From NCBI GenBank assembly GCA_000092065.1, contig CP000597.1: a DNA stretch of 64,000 nucleotides; one strand, written 5' to 3'. The translations under genes were made by a program, and so were the position numbers. Below are positions 39,862 through 51,200 of this stretch, piece after piece (the first letter of the stretch is position 1; every line of letters starts with the position of its first letter). The notes below the pieces were generated by a model. That model saw nothing but the letters and a program-made list of their open reading frames with translations. It was not told where the DNA came from and did no database searches. The stretch is from Ostreococcus lucimarinus (taxonomy: Eukaryota).

Positions 39862-40932
39862 CTACTCGGAGACGGCGCCGTCTTCGTCTTCGTCTTCGTC
39901 TTCGTCTTCGCCGTCTTCGACTCGATCGTCGCCGATTTTTACGCCGTGGCGCGATAAAATATCGATCGCGCACTCGGTCCATATTTGTTTTTTGTCGCCG
40001 TCGCTCACGAAGGCGAACAAGACGTCGTCGACGAGCTCGAACTCGTCCTCCGCGGCGCGCGCGTAGGCGAGCGCGCCGTCGAAGATGACGTCCAGCGCGC
40101 TCGCGCGTCTTCGAGCGCGAGCCTCGTTCGCGGCGGTTTCGTCGCTCAACTCTCTCACGACGAGCTTATCTATGATTCTACGCGCCAGTTTTTCAAATTC
40201 CGCCTTCAACGACGCCTCGACGGCGAGTCGATGCGCCTCGTACAGCGTCCTCGCGCGCGCCTCCCCTCCGCGCAATCTCGACACGTCGTCCCGACCCATG
40301 GGATCGCCCACCAAGTCCCGTCGAAACGCTTCGTCGTACGAACGCGCGTACGTCTTCACGCGTTCGGCGCACAACGCCTGAAACGCCGCCTCCGCCTCGT
40401 CGTCCAACAATCGCTCCTTCCGAAACCGCGCCTCGCGTTCATCCCTTCGCCGTCGTTCGCTCGCCTCCGACTCCCTCGCCCTCAACGCTCGCGCCCTCCG
40501 CGCGTCCGCGTCCGCCTCGTCTTCCCCCCGCGCCGCCCTTCGTCTCTTCTCCCCCTCCCTCTTCTCCTCCGCCGCGCGTCGCCGCAGCGCGTCGAACGCC
40601 GCGCGTCGCTCCGAGTGCGTCTTCAGCGCGCGAAACCGCGCGTCGCGCCGCATCTTCATCAGCGCGCGCTCCCAGCGCGCGTCCGCGAGTCCGTCGCCCA
40701 GCCGCGCGCGCACCATCGCCTCGAACGCCTCGACGTCCGCGCGCTTTTCCGTCGTCGCGCGTCGCCACTGCGCGTCGAAATTCGACGATTCGTCGTCGCG
40801 CGTCCCGTCGGTCGCGTCGTCGTCGTACGCGTCCGGGTCGAGGACGACGCCCGCGGCGTCGGCCGCCGTCGCCATCGCCGCGGCGCGGAGTGGCGCGCGT
40901 CGCCGCCTCGTCACTGACACCCATACCCACAC
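39862..40932 (-). CDS. FF-domain-like helical protein (PRP40/TCERG1-like C-terminal region)
   Basis: Repeated blocks of the form F..L...........W......l..D.RF..L (FDAQWRRATTEKRADVEAFEAMVRARLGD...DARWERALMKMRRDARFRAL) and an acidic (GAAGAC)n tail. Weak call; it may be the terminal exon of a larger gene. Confidence 0.3.
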   Translation of the reverse strand: MWVWVSVTRRRRAPLRAAAMATAADAAGVVLDPDAYDDDATDGTRDDESSNFDAQWRRATTEKRADVEAFEAMVRARLGDGLADARWERALMKMRRDARFRALKTHSERRAAFDALRRRAAEEKREGEKRRRAARGEDEADADARRARALRARESEASERRRRDEREARFRKERLLDDEAEAAFQALCAERVKTYARSYDEAFRRDLVGDPMGRDDVSRLRGGEARARTLYEAHRLAVEASLKAEFEKLARRIIDKLVVRELSDETAANEARARRRASALDVIFDGALAYARAAEDEFELVDDVLFAFVSDGDKKQIWTECAIDILSRHGVKIGDDRVEDGEDEDEDEDEDGAVSE

Positions 40933-41119
40933 GTCCGAACACTCTCGATTTATTTATCGGCCCAACATCAAAAAAGCGTCGCTGGATCACGTACGCCGGT
41001 GCGCGCGAACGCGATGAAGGATTCAGGTCAACTCGCTTTTCCCGCGCGCGCGCACACGACGACGCGCGGCGATGTCGCCGCCCGACGCGCGCGCGGGCGC
41101 GCGCCTGCGCGTCGCCACC

Positions 41120-43618
41120 ATGTTCACCGGCGCCGGCGCGATCGACTACGGGTGCGTCGCGCGCGACGCGCGACGGCGCGACGGCGCGGGAAACGCGCGA
41201 AACGCAAAACCGAACGCCGAACGAACGCGAACGACGACGACGACGGATTCGACGCGCGACGACGACGACGACGACGCGCGACGACGCGAGATCGGGACGA
41301 CAAGGGGAGGATGGCGCGCGAAGACGCGAAGGCGCGCGCGACGGGAGCCCCGGGAGGACGAACGCGCGACTGACGAGACGCGAATTCGGGACGCGCGCGC
41401 GACCAGGCTGACGCGGGCGGGGCACGAGGTGACGCTGCAGTGCGAACGCGACGAGCGCGCGCGGGCGGTGCTGGACGCGCGATTTCAGGGCGTGCGACGG
41501 GCGAGGGAAGCGAGCGAGATCGAGGCGCTGCCGAGGGACGTGGACGTGCTGGTGTGCGGATTGATGACGAGGGAGTACGAGGGGTCGTGGCGAGAGTCGT
41601 GGACGAGAGACGGCGCGGCGGGGGCGCTGAAACACGCGCTGAGGCTGGGGGCGAGCGCGCGCGTGCCGTGGTTGGTGATCGAAGCGAGAGGGAAGATATT
41701 AGATCGTGGAGTCGATGGGAGCGAGGCGCCGTTGATTCATGAGTTTGTGAGCGAGCTGGAGCGAGCGGGGTACGCGTGGGCGCATCGCACGGTGGCGGCG
41801 GCGGCGTTCGGGGTGCCGGATGTCGCCGCGCGGGTGTTGCTCGTCGCCAGTAGATGCGGGGATCCGAGAGATGTGTTATTGACAGAAGACGCGGGGGCGT
41901 TGAAAGTCGATGCGAGGGATCCCGCGGATGAGCACACGTTTGTGTTTAATCGGCACCCCGAACGAGGGTTGTGCGCGTACGCCGACGTGTGCGAAGGATT
42001 TCATCCCGAGCCTGAGGCGTGCATGCTCACCGCCGCGGGTGGTTTGATGCCGCTCACCGTGCATGACGCTGAAAGATTGCAAGGATTGCCTCCGGGATGG
42101 ACGATGACGACGAGACCGAGCGTTCAAGGAAGTCAAGGGGAGGAGCTCACGGCGCGTTGGGACGCTTTGGCGAAGACGTACGGATGCGTCCCAAGTTCAT
42201 ATTGGCTGGGAACTCGGTTAGCGGACCCGTATGCTTTGAAATTTTCTGCCGATGCGGTTCCATTTAGAGAGTCTGTGCCGCACGCTTGGCCGGGGGCGGC
42301 GTACAACGTTGGACACGGGCGTGCGAGCGCCTTGTGCTCGCCGTTTGTCCGTGAAATCACGGAGTTGCCGTGTCTCGGCACGTTTATTTCCACGTCCTTT
42401 TTCGAAGGCGGTCCGCTGGTGCCGAAAGAGACCGCCGTGGCGTGCGCGCGCGTGCTTAGAGAGTCTGGCTGGGAGGTCCCTCCCCAGCTAGAGGCTTTGG
42501 AAAACGGCGAGGGAGAGATCGCCGTCGTCGAGCCGCGGGTGAAGAACGAACAGGCGCCTGCGGTCGAGCCACTGACGATAGCGACTCCGGCGGCACGGGC
42601 GCAGACCTCTCGCTACGATGAGTTTGTTTCAGCGCCACCGGCTTTGGTCGAACGCACGTTGCCTTTGATAAAGACGAAGAGCGGACATTTAATCGTCGAC
42701 CAAGACGAGGTGAAACGTTCGTCCAATTTTCCCATCGACATCGAGGCGAAGCGGTACAAGAGAAGCATCACGCCATCGTCGGCGGATATCGAGCCTGGAT
42801 CGCCAGGATCAACTCCGGGAACCATGACGTTCATCGCCGGCGTCGGTTTAGCTGCGCCAAGACGAAACCAGCTCGTTTGGGCCAAGCTCCCAGGTCATCC
42901 ATTTTGGCCGGGATTGCGAGCGGATTTGGACAAGGACTTCATCCCAGCGGATGCTCTCGCGATGGCGAGAGAAAACGAAGTACTCGTCGTGTTCTTTGGA
43001 GAAAATTCATTCGGTTGGCTGCGGGCGGAGCATTGCTTAGATTTTACCGAGCACTACGCATCGAAGAGTCGGGATCCGGCGAGGAACAAGGCGCGCTTCC
43101 AAGCGGCGGTGAAGCAAGCGAACGAGGAGCTGCAAATACGAGAGACGTTGCACGAGCGCGATAGATTACGTAAAATGGCGACGCAAAGTACTGCGCATAA
43201 GTTCCGTTCGCGCGGTGGCTCACCCATGCCCGAATTGAAGGGTTGTACGTGCAAGTCGTGCACGAGCATCTCCGCCGACGGTTCGGAATCGCCCAAGTGC
43301 ATACGTGTAGAAGCCGCCGAGAAGGCTAGTCGAGGTCACACAGGCGCCAAGCTTACGATTCAAGGTAGAACTATCATCGGTAAGCAAATTTTGGTGTTTT
43401 GGCCTCTCGACCGAGCGTCATATCCGGGTAAAATAGTCGATTACGATCCCGTCGAGCTTAGACATTGCGTCGAGTATGCCGAAGACGGCGTTAAAGAATT
43501 CTTGTCGCTGTGGAAGGAAGATGTAACATTACCGCCGGGTGAAAGACTCGGCCCGACTCTTCCAGAAGCAGATGAAGCTGGTGCTGATTTGTTGCTGGGA
43601 CTCACGGCGAGAGGATAA
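41120..43618 (+). CDS. C5-DNA-methyltransferase-like domain (degenerate catalytic motifs) + PWWP + Tudor-like domain; probable intron 41152..41406
   Basis: Kozak gccaccATG at 41120. MFTGAGAIDYG matches MTase motif I (FxGxGG). Splicing from GTGCGT at 41152 to the AG at 41406 joins IDYG-G-LTRAGHEVTLQCERDERARAV, the expected motif I-II spacing. Motif IV reads DVLVCGLMTRE instead of GGPPCQGFS (no PC dipeptide). Motif VI reads LVIEARG instead of ENV. Motif VIII-like: FGVPDVAARVLLVASR. PWWP: LVWAKLPGHPFWPG. C-terminal ILVFWPLDRASYPGKIVDYDPVELRHCVEYAEDGVKEFLSL is Tudor/chromo-barrel-like. Confidence 0.55.
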   Translation: MFTGAGAIDYGCVARDARRRDGAGNARNAKPNAERTRTTTTTDSTRDDDDDDARRREIGTTRGGWRAKTRRRARREPREDERATDETRIRDARATRLTRAGHEVTLQCERDERARAVLDARFQGVRRAREASEIEALPRDVDVLVCGLMTREYEGSWRESWTRDGAAGALKHALRLGASARVPWLVIEARGKILDRGVDGSEAPLIHEFVSELERAGYAWAHRTVAAAAFGVPDVAARVLLVASRCGDPRDVLLTEDAGALKVDARDPADEHTFVFNRHPERGLCAYADVCEGFHPEPEACMLTAAGGLMPLTVHDAERLQGLPPGWTMTTRPSVQGSQGEELTARWDALAKTYGCVPSSYWLGTRLADPYALKFSADAVPFRESVPHAWPGAAYNVGHGRASALCSPFVREITELPCLGTFISTSFFEGGPLVPKETAVACARVLRESGWEVPPQLEALENGEGEIAVVEPRVKNEQAPAVEPLTIATPAARAQTSRYDEFVSAPPALVERTLPLIKTKSGHLIVDQDEVKRSSNFPIDIEAKRYKRSITPSSADIEPGSPGSTPGTMTFIAGVGLAAPRRNQLVWAKLPGHPFWPGLRADLDKDFIPADALAMARENEVLVVFFGENSFGWLRAEHCLDFTEHYASKSRDPARNKARFQAAVKQANEELQIRETLHERDRLRKMATQSTAHKFRSRGGSPMPELKGCTCKSCTSISADGSESPKCIRVEAAEKASRGHTGAKLTIQGRTIIGKQILVFWPLDRASYPGKIVDYDPVELRHCVEYAEDGVKEFLSLWKEDVTLPPGERLGPTLPEADEAGADLLLGLTARG

Positions 43619-43702
43619 TGATATAGCCGCACGTCACGAACGATACGATCCGAAGATTTTTGTGATAACAAAGCCTGTCTGTACTAAAAGCTTACTTCGC
43701 CG

Positions 43703-45058
43703 CTAAGCTGACGCGGATTCGAAGGTATCGTATATCGAGTCGCTCGATTCGACGTGCTTGAGCGTTTCGTTTACTGTTGTGAAGTGCTCGATTTCGTCGC
43801 TCTGATCGAACGCGGCTGCGCGTTTGACGGAGCTCTCGCTCAATTCAAATGTGTCCAATCGAGAAAGAAACGACGGTGACAAAGAGGTATCGTTCGTCGA
43901 TGGCGACACGATATCATCGGAGACGTGATTCAAGTACGATCGCGTCGCCTTCTGTACGTCCGCTGTGGCTCGCGTCACGCGATCCATGGCATCTATCATC
44001 ACTTTGGCCATCGCGCGACCCTCCTCCGTGGAGACGTCGACAGAGTTGAAAGCCACCATGTTCTCGGGCCTGAGAATCGATGCATTCATAATTTCAGCCA
44101 TATTCTTGCGCATGTCAATAAGCTCGTCTTCGTACTCGCGCGTCACTCGCATTCGCTCCTCGTGCTCAGCCACGAGCTGCTCGCTCAAGTCCCGAATCTT
44201 TGTCTCGTACAAGCGCGTTGACCTCGGCGATGTTGCGCCGCGAAGTCGCTCGATTTCCCTTGCCCGCTCCTCGCTAATCTCATTGATCTTCTCTAATTCC
44301 CATCGAAGTTCTGTAATAGTTTCCCAATCATCGATCGTCATCGTCGCCGGCCGCCCGTCGATCGGCTCGTTCGACTTGCGCTTCTGCTTGGTTTCTCTCG
44401 CGTTTGGCTCGCGCTTCTGCTCAATTTCACTCGCGCTCGCCAAACTCGCTCGACTCGCCTTTCTGCTCGATTTCTTCGCCGCCGTCTCCATCTCCCGTTG
44501 CGCTAGTCGCACCGCGCGCGCGCGCGTCTCCTCGCTCTGACAATACGCCACCGCCCCGGGTCCCAACTTTCTCGCAAACGAAATCGCCGTCGCCGCGCCG
44601 CTCGCCGCATTCGCTCGCACTTCGCACGTCCAATACATCACCGCCAACGCATCAAACGTCGCCTGAAACTCCCCTCGCTCGACACCATCGACCGATATCG
44701 CATTTGCCGGCACCCGCTCTCTCGCTAAAATCCCTCGCAGCGTCTGAAACGGGTGTTTCATCGCCGCGGCGCCGCCGCGCGTCGACGCGCTCGTCCCCGC
44801 TCGCGACGTCCCCGTCAACGCCTCGAACGATTCCGGCCACGCGCGCGCGGCGCACGCCAACGCTCCGACACTACGTTTTAGATCACTCCACACCAGCGCG
44901 CTCGTATCGCTCTCGCCCCCACGCGTCGCGCGCACGGCGTCGACGCTTCGCCGCGCGAACTCGAGCAGTTCAGATTTCCCAACCTCAATCCCCGTCTCCG
45001 TCGTCCGCGCGCGCGTCGACGCGCTGTTCGACGCGCCGTTCGATGCGACGTCGCGCAT
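43703..45058 (-). CDS. Hypothetical coiled-coil protein
   Basis: 451-aa ORF with a heptad-rich charged central region (ELRWELEKINEISEERAREIERLRG). No recognised domain. Confidence 0.35.
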   Translation of the reverse strand: MRDVASNGASNSASTRARTTETGIEVGKSELLEFARRSVDAVRATRGGESDTSALVWSDLKRSVGALACAARAWPESFEALTGTSRAGTSASTRGGAAAMKHPFQTLRGILARERVPANAISVDGVERGEFQATFDALAVMYWTCEVRANAASGAATAISFARKLGPGAVAYCQSEETRARAVRLAQREMETAAKKSSRKASRASLASASEIEQKREPNARETKQKRKSNEPIDGRPATMTIDDWETITELRWELEKINEISEERAREIERLRGATSPRSTRLYETKIRDLSEQLVAEHEERMRVTREYEDELIDMRKNMAEIMNASILRPENMVAFNSVDVSTEEGRAMAKVMIDAMDRVTRATADVQKATRSYLNHVSDDIVSPSTNDTSLSPSFLSRLDTFELSESSVKRAAAFDQSDEIEHFTTVNETLKHVESSDSIYDTFESASA

Positions 45059-45275
45059 ACTTTCGATCCGCGCGCTTCGAGCGCCCGAAATCGCCGCGCG
45101 CGCGTCACCGAGTGCGGATTTAACCGGTTTTCGCTTGAAAAAGATGCCATCTAATCTCGGCGATCGCCATCACATCGCGACGTCGCTCGCGCGCGCGACG
45201 CCTGTCGCGCCCCCGCGCGTCGCGATCGCGAAGAAATCGTAAGTTCGCGCTCGTCGACGGTGAGATCGGGACGAC

Positions 45276-48200
45276 ATGGAGTACGTCGACGCGTCAACGC
45301 TGCGAAAACTGTCGACGTCGGGTGACATCATCATCGTCGACGCGAGCTGGGCGATCGCGAACGACGTCGAGCGCGCGCGCGCGGCGCACGAGAGCGAGCG
45401 CATCCCGAACGCGACGTTTTATGATCACGACGAGGTGTGCGACCTGTCGTCGCCGCTGCCGCAGGCGTTCCCGCCGCGGGAAGCGTTCGCGCGAGGCGTC
45501 GGCGGCGGACTCGGGGCGACGAAGACGCGAGACGTGGCGATATACGCGAAAAACGGCGCGTCTTGCGCGGCGGAGGCGTGTGCGTTCGCGTTCTTGGAAT
45601 ATGGACATCGAGGACGGGTGATGGTGCTCAAGGGAGGGATGGAGGCGTGGAAGGCGGAAGGCTACGAGACGGAGGTCGGGGCGGAGACGATGCGCGAGCG
45701 GGCGACGGTGGAGTACGACGAAGACGGATCGAACGGAACGCGCGAGGGGAAGAAATCGGGATTCGTCGACGCGAAAGATTTGTTGACGAACTTGAGCACG
45801 CAGCGGTTGCAAGTGCTGGATTGCCGACAGTCGGAGGTGTTCGCGGGAGGGGCGAGAGACGCGGCGTACGTTCGGATTCAGGATCGAGCGATTCAGTTCG
45901 AGGGCTTCCGCGAAGGGCACATTCCGGGGGCGAAGAATTTACCGTACACGCGGTTGTTCGACGTCGCGGACGAAAACTTGCGAGAAATATTCGAGGGCGC
46001 GGGGTTGGACCTGTCCATGCCCGTGGCCGTGGTCGGTTCGGGGGGCGTCGACGCGGCGCCGATGGTGGCGTCAGCGCTCACGCGCGCCGGGTGCGCCGAC
46101 GCCGTGGTGCTAAAGAACGGTATGTGTGCGTGGTGCACGGCGCAAGGGAGCTCGTATCCGATGTCCATCGCTAGCACTTCTCCGCACGCTTCGCACAACG
46201 AAAAGCGCCTGATCGTTTGGGCGGTGACTCGATCGCGCGGCACCGCGCTCGAACGCTCGTTCTCTATGCACTCCGAGGCGATGGTCATGCACGAGTTACT
46301 CACGGAGCCGTGCTTGAAGGAGAATAATCCGGAAAATTACGCCAAGATTGTCAGTGGACAATCTGAACATCATGTCGCGAGCAGTGGATGCAGCTATGCG
46401 ACGATGTTAGAGGTGATGACGGCGGATTACTCCGCGCAAGGACGTCCATTCTTCTTCTCCAAAGAGCTGTCGTGTTACTTTGACTTGAAGCAAATGAAGT
46501 CGAGCTGGTTAAAACGGTTCACGCACGTGGTGTTGATTCGACAACCGACGGAAACGATAGAGTCATTTTATCGCGTCTCCATTGAACACAAGGAAGGGAG
46601 CTGCTATTATGATCCATCTGAGGCTGGATTTGCGGAAGCTTTTGGTATCGTAAACGCGTTGAAGCGTATCAATGCCAAGGTTATGGTCGTCGACGCTGAC
46701 GCGGATTTGCTGTCGCGACCAGAGGAGACGCTCCAAGAGATGTGTTCGCTGGCAAACGTGAACTTTGAGAGTTCGATGTTGTCATGGAAGCCCGCAGAGT
46801 TGTCAACGTGGATCAAATTTCGCGGTTGGCACGACGATGCGGCGAGATCGAGCGAGTTCAAAGCTGTCGACAAGGCACCGATGCAAAACGTACCGCCGGA
46901 ACTCTGCGTCGATGCGGCGAAGCAACAACCGTATTACGACGCCATAGGGTGGGAGCGCAAAGAAACTTCCAAGCGTTGGCCGTTCTTACGCCAGCTCACG
47001 AATCCGACGCATCGGTTCTCCGTCGTCGTGTGCGCATCGGATGAAGGCGCTATGGATATGTTCCCTCGTCTTGCCGCCGCGCGTCTGAGCGGCGTCAACT
47101 TGTACGAGTTCAAGCCGAGCGAAGTTGATCAGGCGATGAATAAATGCCCGTATATTTTCGACGACCCGATCGTTCTAGTGGGCGCACACGGACCCACGCT
47201 GCACATGGCCGAGGCACTGCGCGAGCGTGCGCAGAAGGACGGAACTTTGTGCATCGTACGCATAGTTCTCGTCGACGCTTCGGCGCATCGCGTTCGACCC
47301 GAAGGATTCGAGCACAGCTGGGTCCCAGAAGATTCGCTCAAGGATCAAACCAGCATGGACGAAGTTTTACAGAGTATTTTAGTCGACATCGAAACGGCAC
47401 AAAGCAAAAGTGCGAAGGAGATGGCGGATGTGAACGCGTTAGCCTCGACGACGACGTCGGCGGCGACGCACTGGCGCTCGGGTTTGGCGACGGCGTTGCA
47501 AGACGCTCGCTCCGACAAACCTTGCGTTACAGATGCGACGAGTACGTACACGATGAAAGAAGTGTACTCGCGTGCGTATCACGTCGCAGATATGCTCACC
47601 GAACGCGGTGCGCTGAACTCTCGTGTGGGTTTGTTTGTGCAAGCCTCCGCGGCGTCGGTGTGGTGCGCCATGGGTTCACTCTTGTGTGAATCTGTGTTTT
47701 GCGAAATCCCCGCGTGGTATCGCGACACCGACCTCGAACGCGTGTTGCGTTTGAACGAGTCGAAAGTCATAATAACTTCTCGTGATCTCGTGCAGTTCGT
47801 ACCCACCGCGTACAGAGACTTGGTCGTGGTCGTCGAGGACATGGAGTACGACGTCGACTTGAGCGGCGAGCTTCATCCGGCGCTGACGCGTCCTGACACT
47901 CCCGATGCCCCCGGGTTCTCCGTACTCACCAGTGGCACTACTGGTGTGAGTAAAATTCTGTGCTGTCCACAATCCGCGCTGACGGACTCGCAATCGGTCA
48001 TTGGGCCACACATGCGTGGCGACGATGTCATGGGGAGCTTTTGGGTCTATTATTACTTCTTCATTCCGCTCCTCGCTGGTCGCACGCTGAGCGTCATCCC
48101 GAACGATTTCTTCCTCAAGCCCCGAGAGTTGATTTCGTATGTGCGAAGTCAAAAAATGACCATGCTTTACCTCAGTCCGAGTATCCTGGAGAGCTGTTTG

Positions 48201-51200
48201 TTGCACTGCACGCCGCAAGAGTTCTCCGAAGGGATGCAAGACGTGCACACAATTTTATTGACCGGTGAACGCGTGCGAAGAGAGACTCGTATGCTTCTCG
48301 CCGAGCGTCTCACCCGTACGCGTTTGATTGACGTGTACAGCACGAACGAAACGGGTGATTTGGCGATATCTGATTACGGTGGAGCGTTCTTCCTGCGTGA
48401 GGGCACGCAAGCGCGCGTGTTGACGGATGACGGCAAGCCAGCTGTTCGCGGCACCGTCGGCCAGCTTCACGTTAAAAAGAGTGGTTTGCTCGTTGGCTTC
48501 TACACGGATAACGGTTACGCGAAGATCGAAAGCGAGTGGTATCCAACTGGCGATCTCGTTCGTTGGTTAGGTCGCAACAGGTTGACTTTTGAATCTCGTC
48601 AAAAGTCGGCATACGTCAAGATTCGTGGCTTCAAGGTTTCGCCGGTCATGGTACAAGACGTCATGCTCAAGATGCCAGTGATTAAACAGGCCATCGTGAG
48701 CACGATCGGACAGTCTGACATTGACCAGCAACTCGTCGCTGCTATCTCCTTCAACAACGGTGCGCGAGCGAAGGAGAGCGAATTGCGGGCACACATGGCA
48801 GCGCACGTGCCGCACTACATGATTCCGTCGACGTTTTACGACCTCGGCAACAAAGTGTCCACAGCTACCTCTGGTAAAGTGGTCAAGCTTGATGTCGATA
48901 GGCTGGACAAAATCACCGATAGTAACGAAGTGCAACTGACTACAAAGCAAAATGAGGTCGTGGAGGTGTGGCGCCAAGTGTTAGATCAACCGGAGAAGAA
49001 CTTCGCGGCGACGGAGAGCTTTTTCGACTACGGCGGAAGCTTGAAATTTGTTGAGCTTGCGGCGGCACTTTCGAAGAAATGGGGGGTGAGTTTGACGGTT
49101 CCCGAAGTCATCGCCAAGCCGACGCTGGCTGAGATGGCCCTACTTATGGAAGATTATAAAAACGCCAAGTTTGAGCCCGAGGTCGAAGTCGCAAAGTATG
49201 ACTTTTCCGAGTTCAAGCGAGCGCCAAAGAAGAATACTGCGGCGGGCAAGAAGAATATTCTCCTTACCGGCGCTACTGGTTTTCTTGGTGCGTACTTGCT
49301 TCAAGAACTCGCCGCAAGCGATGAAATTGATCAGATTTACGCTATCGTGCGCGCAAAAGACAAGTTTGCGGCGCAAAATCGCGTGCTCGATGTCTTCCGT
49401 AAGCGCGGGCTCACGTTTACCGATCAAATAACGCAAAAGACAACGTTCATGTGTGGTGACATGTCAATGCCGTTGTACGACATACCCGAAGCCACGCTCG
49501 CGCCAGTTTTGGAAGTGATTGACGTTGTCATCAGCGGTGGCGCGGAAGTCAATATGGTGAAGTCTTATTCAGCGTTAGAAAAGGTAAACGTCGGAGGAAC
49601 GTTCAACGGGCTCGAGATCGCGTCGCGCGCCGGCGCTAGACACGTTCTCATTTCCACGCAGTATCCGCTTCCGGGTGAAGTTTCAACGGGATACCGACGA
49701 AGTAAAGAGGTCGCGGAGATGCTATGCGAGCGCGCGCAGAAAGAAGTTGGCGTTGAGTCGGCCGTTTTATTGTTTGGTGACATCGGTATTTCTCGTGCCG
49801 TCGGTTCGCTCGCGCCCGACGATGACTACATCGTCATCTTCCTCCGCGCCTGCCTCGCGACAGGTTTCTTCCCACGTACCGAGTGGGCTGTTAGTATCTT
49901 GTGCGTCGATGATTGCGTGAAGATGCTCACGTCAATCTCATTATCCGGCCAAGTCGATCGTTATGCGTTTGACGGCGTCGCGCGTGAAGTAAAGGGTAAA
50001 CTGATGCCGTTTTCTCAACTTTACGAATGGCTCTCCAAGGAGTACGCGTTGCAGCTGTGCAGCTACGATGGCTGGCTCAATGCAGTTAAGGCTGGCGCCG
50101 CCGAAGGCAACACGATCCTTCAGCGCGCGCTCCTGACGATTGATTCCATGGAAGTCGAACTCAGAGCGGAGGGTGAGCACTTCAACTCGCAGGCGGCGTC
50201 AGATGCGCTCTTCTCCGTGGACGAAGCGTGGGGTAAGAACCTCGTCGGTGCGCTAATTCTCGAACTCTACAGCGAACTTCAAAATGACGACAAAGACACC
50301 ACCATCGGCTTCGCCGCGTTGGCGCAAGGCGAAGATTTGGTTCCGTTCAAGTATCGCCTCCCAGACATGACCCCGACGTCTGTCGAGGTGAAGGTCGAGT
50401 ACTGCGGCTTGTGCGGAAGTGATGATCACTTGATCGTGGGTGACTATGGTGAATATGCGGTGTGGCCGCAAGTTTGCGGACACGAAGTCGTGGGTACGGT
50501 CACCCAAGTTGGCACGGCGGTGACGACGCTAAAAGCCGGTCAACGCGTTGGCGTCGGCTGGCAGAGCTCGTCTTGCCACGATTGCGAGTGGTGCGCGCGA
50601 GGCGATGAGCAGCTGTGCTCTAGTGTCGGTTGTACATGCTGCGAAGGTAACAAAGGTGGTTTCGCCGATCGCATGCGCTTAAACGACTCGCAATTCTGCT
50701 ACAAAATCCCAGACGCGCTGTCTTCCGCGGAAGTCGCGCCGTTGCTATGCGGTGGCCAAACCGTTTGGACGCCTTTGAACGAGCAAACGAAGTCTAGCGA
50801 TCGCGTCGGCATTCTCGGCCTCGGTGGACTCGGTCACATGGCCATCAAGTTCGCCAAGGCGCTCGGTCGAGAAGTCACCGCGATTTCGTCTTCGGCGTCG
50901 AAGCGCGCCGACGCCCTGTCGCACGGCGCGTCGCGCTTTTTGGTGCACACCAACCAAGAAGAGATGGATGCCGCCGCCTCATCGCTCGACTTCATCCTAG
51001 TCACCATCGCCACGAATAAAGAGGTGGACTTCGCGAAGTTTTTCCCCTTGTTACGCCCGCGTGGGACGATTTGTTTCGTCGGCATGTGCCCTCCCATCCA
51101 AGCCGACGTCTTCACTCTCGGCTTCACCATGAACAACATCACAACGAGTAACACCGGGGGCAAAAAGGACATGGTTCAAATGCTCGAATTCTGCGCCCGA

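Noticed and set aside
41120-43618. Active DNA C5-methyltransferase
   Set aside because: The catalytic Pro-Cys (motif IV) and ENV (motif VI) are not conserved in the reading frame, and I see no nearby splice that would restore them. Called DNMT-like and probably inactive.
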